The notes under the pieces: model-generated
Database searches by the model: none
What the model was told of the DNA's origin: nothing
The model's input: only the letters and a program-made list of their open reading frames with translations
Source of the DNA: Vulcanimicrobiota bacterium
GTDB taxonomy: Bacteria; Vulcanimicrobiota; Vulcanimicrobiia; Vulcanimicrobiales; Vulcanimicrobiaceae
Length of the DNA stretch: 10,801 nucleotides
Reading direction: 5' to 3'
Assembly: GCA_963786105.1 (NCBI GenBank)
Contig: CAWAXX010000010.1
Location: 1-10,801, forward strand
Part shown: positions 7,866 through 10,801 of the stretch, piece by piece
Layout of the letters: each line of letters starts with the position of its first letter
How positions within the stretch are numbered: the first letter of the stretch is position 1
Made by a program: the position numbers and the translations under genes

Positions 7866-10801
7866 ATGAGTCTTAACGTGGGCAAGCGTTGGTTCTGGAT
7901 CGGCCTGGCGGCCGCGGTGATCCTCGTCGGACTCGCGACCGCGCGCCGGCACGAGGTATTGCGCTTTTCCATCGAAATGCTTGCGAGCCTTGCGAGCGGT
8001 TACACGGTGGCCATCGGCGATCAGCGCATCGGCTTCGATCGGATGGCGCTCCTGGACGTTCACGTTTCCCGTTCCGGCGTACCGCTGCTCGACGCCCGGC
8101 GCATCGACGTCACGTATTCGCCCCGCGACCTGTTGCCCGGCAGTACGCGCCGCTTCGGCCTGGTCGCGATCGACGTTACGCAGGCTCGCGTGACGATCGT
8201 GCGCTTTCGCGACGGGAGCTACAATTTCATAACGCCCTCGAAACCGTCCGGTCTGCCGCAGGCGCCGGTTCCACAACCCGTTAGCGGCGTCCCCATTCGC
8301 TTCGCTCTGCGGATGCACGGTGCGTCTCTCGCGCTGCGCGAACCCGATGCCTACGATCTCAGCGCAAAAGCCATCGGCATCGAAAACTTCGACGTCGACG
8401 CCTCGATCGACACCGCGAAGCGTACCCACTACACGGCGCGCGGCGCGTTTGTCGTAAAGACTCGTCTCGATCCGTTCACCATCGTCGGCACGATCGACGC
8501 CGAGCGCAGCTATGCGATGCACCGGGCGCGGGCGGCGCGCTTTCCGCTGCGCGCGCTCGCGAACTACTTTGCCGACACCCCGATGGTGCGTATCATCAAG
8601 GGGCGTGCGCGCAACTTCGACGCGCGGCTGTACTCTCTGGACGTGCAGCCCAACGTCGCGCCGAGCTATCACGCGAACCTTCAACTCGACATCGATGGGG
8701 GATCGCTGGCGCTCTCCGCACTCGACGCGCCAGTCGAGGCGATTCACGGCCGATTGCAACTGGTCGACAACGCGTTCTTTCTGAAACACCTCCACGCTTC
8801 GCTGGCGGGCATTCCGTTGCATTTGGCGGGTGGCATCTACGATCTCACCGGCGACCTCACCGGTATCGCCCAGCTGCGGCTGGGCATTTACGGGTCGGGC
8901 GATCTCGCGAGTTTGCGCCGGGCGTTTTCGTTCACGCGCCAGGAACCGATTTCAGGCATCATCAATCTCGGCGTCCTGGTCGAGGGTCCCATCGACAACC
9001 CGATGATCGTCGCGCAAGCCGTCTCTTTGCATGCGGTCTATCGCAAGCTTCCGTTCGATTCGCTCAATGCCGGCATCGTTTATCGCGACAACGTCATTTC
9101 GTTGTTGCCGTTGCACGCGTACTACGGCGGAACCGAGGTGGGAATTCGCGGAACGCTAGCGATCGGAAAGCATTTACAGTCGTTACTCGCGGTGCATATC
9201 GCCGGTTCCGCCGACCGTTTGCCGTACCTCGACGAAATGCTCGGACGCGAACCGATGCTCGTCGACGCGGCGGCGAGCGGCACGGACACCGATTTTCACG
9301 TGCGCGGTGCGTTGGCTTCGGCGCGCGGCGTCAAACGCGTCGCCGCGTTGCTGGCGCTCGACCCGGAAGGGACCGCGGCCGTGGACCCGTTCTGGCTGCA
9401 CACCGAGCGCGGCGATTTCGAAGGCGGGTATCTGCTCGACCGCCCGCATCGGACCAGCGGCTTTTGGGCGCTCGCAGGCGGTTTGCACATGCACGCGCCG
9501 TCGTACAAAGCGTTCCCGGGTTTATCGCTCCCCGAGATCCCAAACGTGAACGGGCGGATCGCCAGCATCGCGGTGGCCGGTGGCGGCTCGGGCACCGACG
9601 TCGCACTCGCGGGGTTACTTTCCGGCGACGGCACGGATATCGCGGGAATCAAGTTCGATCGAATCAATGCGGCTTTTGCCGGCACGCTCGCGAACGCACA
9701 GCTGAGTTTGCTGCACGCGTCCGGGCCGTGGGGACAGTTCGACGGTAACGGGGCGTTCTCGTCGCAGGCGTTCGTCGCGACCGGAAACTATCGCGGAACG
9801 TTTGAGGGTTTGCAGCCGCTCATGGGCAACGCGATTATCGCACATGGCGGCCTTGCTGGACGTGCGTCGGTCGCGGTGTTGCCCAAGAGCATCGTCGTTC
9901 AAGCGTCGAACCTCGCCATGCAAAATGCGACGCTGCGCGGCGTTCCGATTTCGAACGCGAGCATCACGCTCGGCGTCGAAGGCGATCGCCTTTCGGTGTA
10001 TTCGGCGCACGCGCGAGCCGCCGGCGGCGACGTGGTGGCGGCCGGTACGTTCTCGCTGAACGCCGCTACGCCGCGCGCGAACGCCGGCGCTTTGTCGTTG
10101 ATTGCCAATCGTCTAGACGCCGCGCAGCTGCGCGGACTTGGGTTGCCGCTCGACGCCGGACGGCTCTGGGCCAGCGGCAACTTGTCGGCCGGTGCGCCGT
10201 TACCATCGTTTGGCGGGGGCGTCACGATCGCCGCCGGCCGATTGCAGCACTTTGCGATAGCCGGCAACGGCGAAGTCCGGCTGGCGGGCCAAACGGCGAA
10301 CCTGAGCAGGGTCGTCGGCGCGCTGGGAACGACCTACGCTCGCGTCGACGGGAGCATCGGCGCACTCGCGTCGGGCACGCCGGCGTTCTCGCTGACCGCG
10401 AGCGTCCCGGCCGCCGACATCGCGAACGCGCTGCAGTCTTTCCAGTTTCCAACCTACATGACCGTCGGTTCGTTCAACGCGCAACTGAGAGTCGCCGGAA
10501 GCGCCGTTTCGCCGGTGGTGACCGGACACGTCGGGGTGCCCGCCGGAGCCGTCAACGGCTTGGCGTTTATCGACGGTAGCGCGTTGCTGGCGGCCGATCC
10601 GCACGGCGTAAGCGCGCGCGACGGACGCGTCCAGGTCTGGTCGACCGGCGTGCGCTTCAACGCGGCCACGCGACCCGGGAATACTACCGTCGACGTGGTC
10701 GCGCCGCACGCCGACCTTTCCGATTTCAACAATTTCTTCGACACCGGCGATACGCTCGACGGAATCGGCTCGGTGAAGATCGCGGCGGCCACGAGCGGGG
10801 A
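7866..10801 (+). CDS. Large membrane-anchored AsmA/TamB-like (translocation and assembly module / bridge-like) protein, partial, at least 978 aa
   Basis: My manual translation from ATG 7866 (GTG 7878 is an alternative) is stop-free to the window end. It begins MSLNVGKRWFWIGLAAAVILVGLATARR (basic patch plus one TM helix), continues with an AsmA-like LLDARRIDVTYSPRDLL...VTIVRFRDGSYNF and long Gly-rich amphipathic beta-strand runs, and ends ...DLSDFNNFFDTGDTLDGIGSVKIAAATSG at the edge. The CDS itself is near certain; the family call rests on architecture because any C-terminal TamB domain would lie outside the window. Confidence 0.75.
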   Translation, partial: MSLNVGKRWFWIGLAAAVILVGLATARRHEVLRFSIEMLASLASGYTVAIGDQRIGFDRMALLDVHVSRSGVPLLDARRIDVTYSPRDLLPGSTRRFGLVAIDVTQARVTIVRFRDGSYNFITPSKPSGLPQAPVPQPVSGVPIRFALRMHGASLALREPDAYDLSAKAIGIENFDVDASIDTAKRTHYTARGAFVVKTRLDPFTIVGTIDAERSYAMHRARAARFPLRALANYFADTPMVRIIKGRARNFDARLYSLDVQPNVAPSYHANLQLDIDGGSLALSALDAPVEAIHGRLQLVDNAFFLKHLHASLAGIPLHLAGGIYDLTGDLTGIAQLRLGIYGSGDLASLRRAFSFTRQEPISGIINLGVLVEGPIDNPMIVAQAVSLHAVYRKLPFDSLNAGIVYRDNVISLLPLHAYYGGTEVGIRGTLAIGKHLQSLLAVHIAGSADRLPYLDEMLGREPMLVDAAASGTDTDFHVRGALASARGVKRVAALLALDPEGTAAVDPFWLHTERGDFEGGYLLDRPHRTSGFWALAGGLHMHAPSYKAFPGLSLPEIPNVNGRIASIAVAGGGSGTDVALAGLLSGDGTDIAGIKFDRINAAFAGTLANAQLSLLHASGPWGQFDGNGAFSSQAFVATGNYRGTFEGLQPLMGNAIIAHGGLAGRASVAVLPKSIVVQASNLAMQNATLRGVPISNASITLGVEGDRLSVYSAHARAAGGDVVAAGTFSLNAATPRANAGALSLIANRLDAAQLRGLGLPLDAGRLWASGNLSAGAPLPSFGGGVTIAAGRLQHFAIAGNGEVRLAGQTANLSRVVGALGTTYARVDGSIGALASGTPAFSLTASVPAADIANALQSFQFPTYMTVGSFNAQLRVAGSAVSPVVTGHVGVPAGAVNGLAFIDGSALLAADPHGVSARDGRVQVWSTGVRFNAATRPGNTTVDVVAPHADLSDFNNFFDTGDTLDGIGSVKIAAATSG

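Noticed and set aside
9291..9306. TTTCACGTG, a partial parS-like sequence
   Set aside because: Only part of TGTTTCACGTGAAACA matches and the right half is not palindromic. It lies in coding sequence.
7812..10792. Track ORFs on both strands in 7812-10792 (e.g. 7812..8822 minus, 336 aa)
   Set aside because: They overlap the continuous + strand frame starting at 7866 and have the low-complexity or antisense composition of shadow ORFs.

Overview
A GC-rich bacterial chromosomal replication-origin region. The + strand carries dnaA, dnaN, recF, an extended DciA/DUF721 gene and gyrB. After gyrB come a nested palindromic (REP-like) element and a large N-terminally membrane-anchored AsmA/TamB-like gene (7866 to past the window end, missing from the ORF track). 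DnaA boxes lie upstream of dnaA. The dnaA-dnaN spacer holds degenerate boxes, a GC clamp, DnaA-trios and an AT-rich tract, which points to a bipartite oriC. Divergent from dnaA, where rpmH-rnpA often sits, is a three-repeat NHL/beta-propeller-like gene broken by two frameshifts (pseudogene or sequencing error). The gene content recalls Eremiobacterota/Vulcanimicrobiota, but that is unverified inference. The window is mostly core housekeeping DNA and I see no clear novel multi-gene system. The best leads are the palindromic element with two alternative right arms, the DciA with a Zn-ribbon and helical extension, the origin architecture and the three-blade propeller gene.
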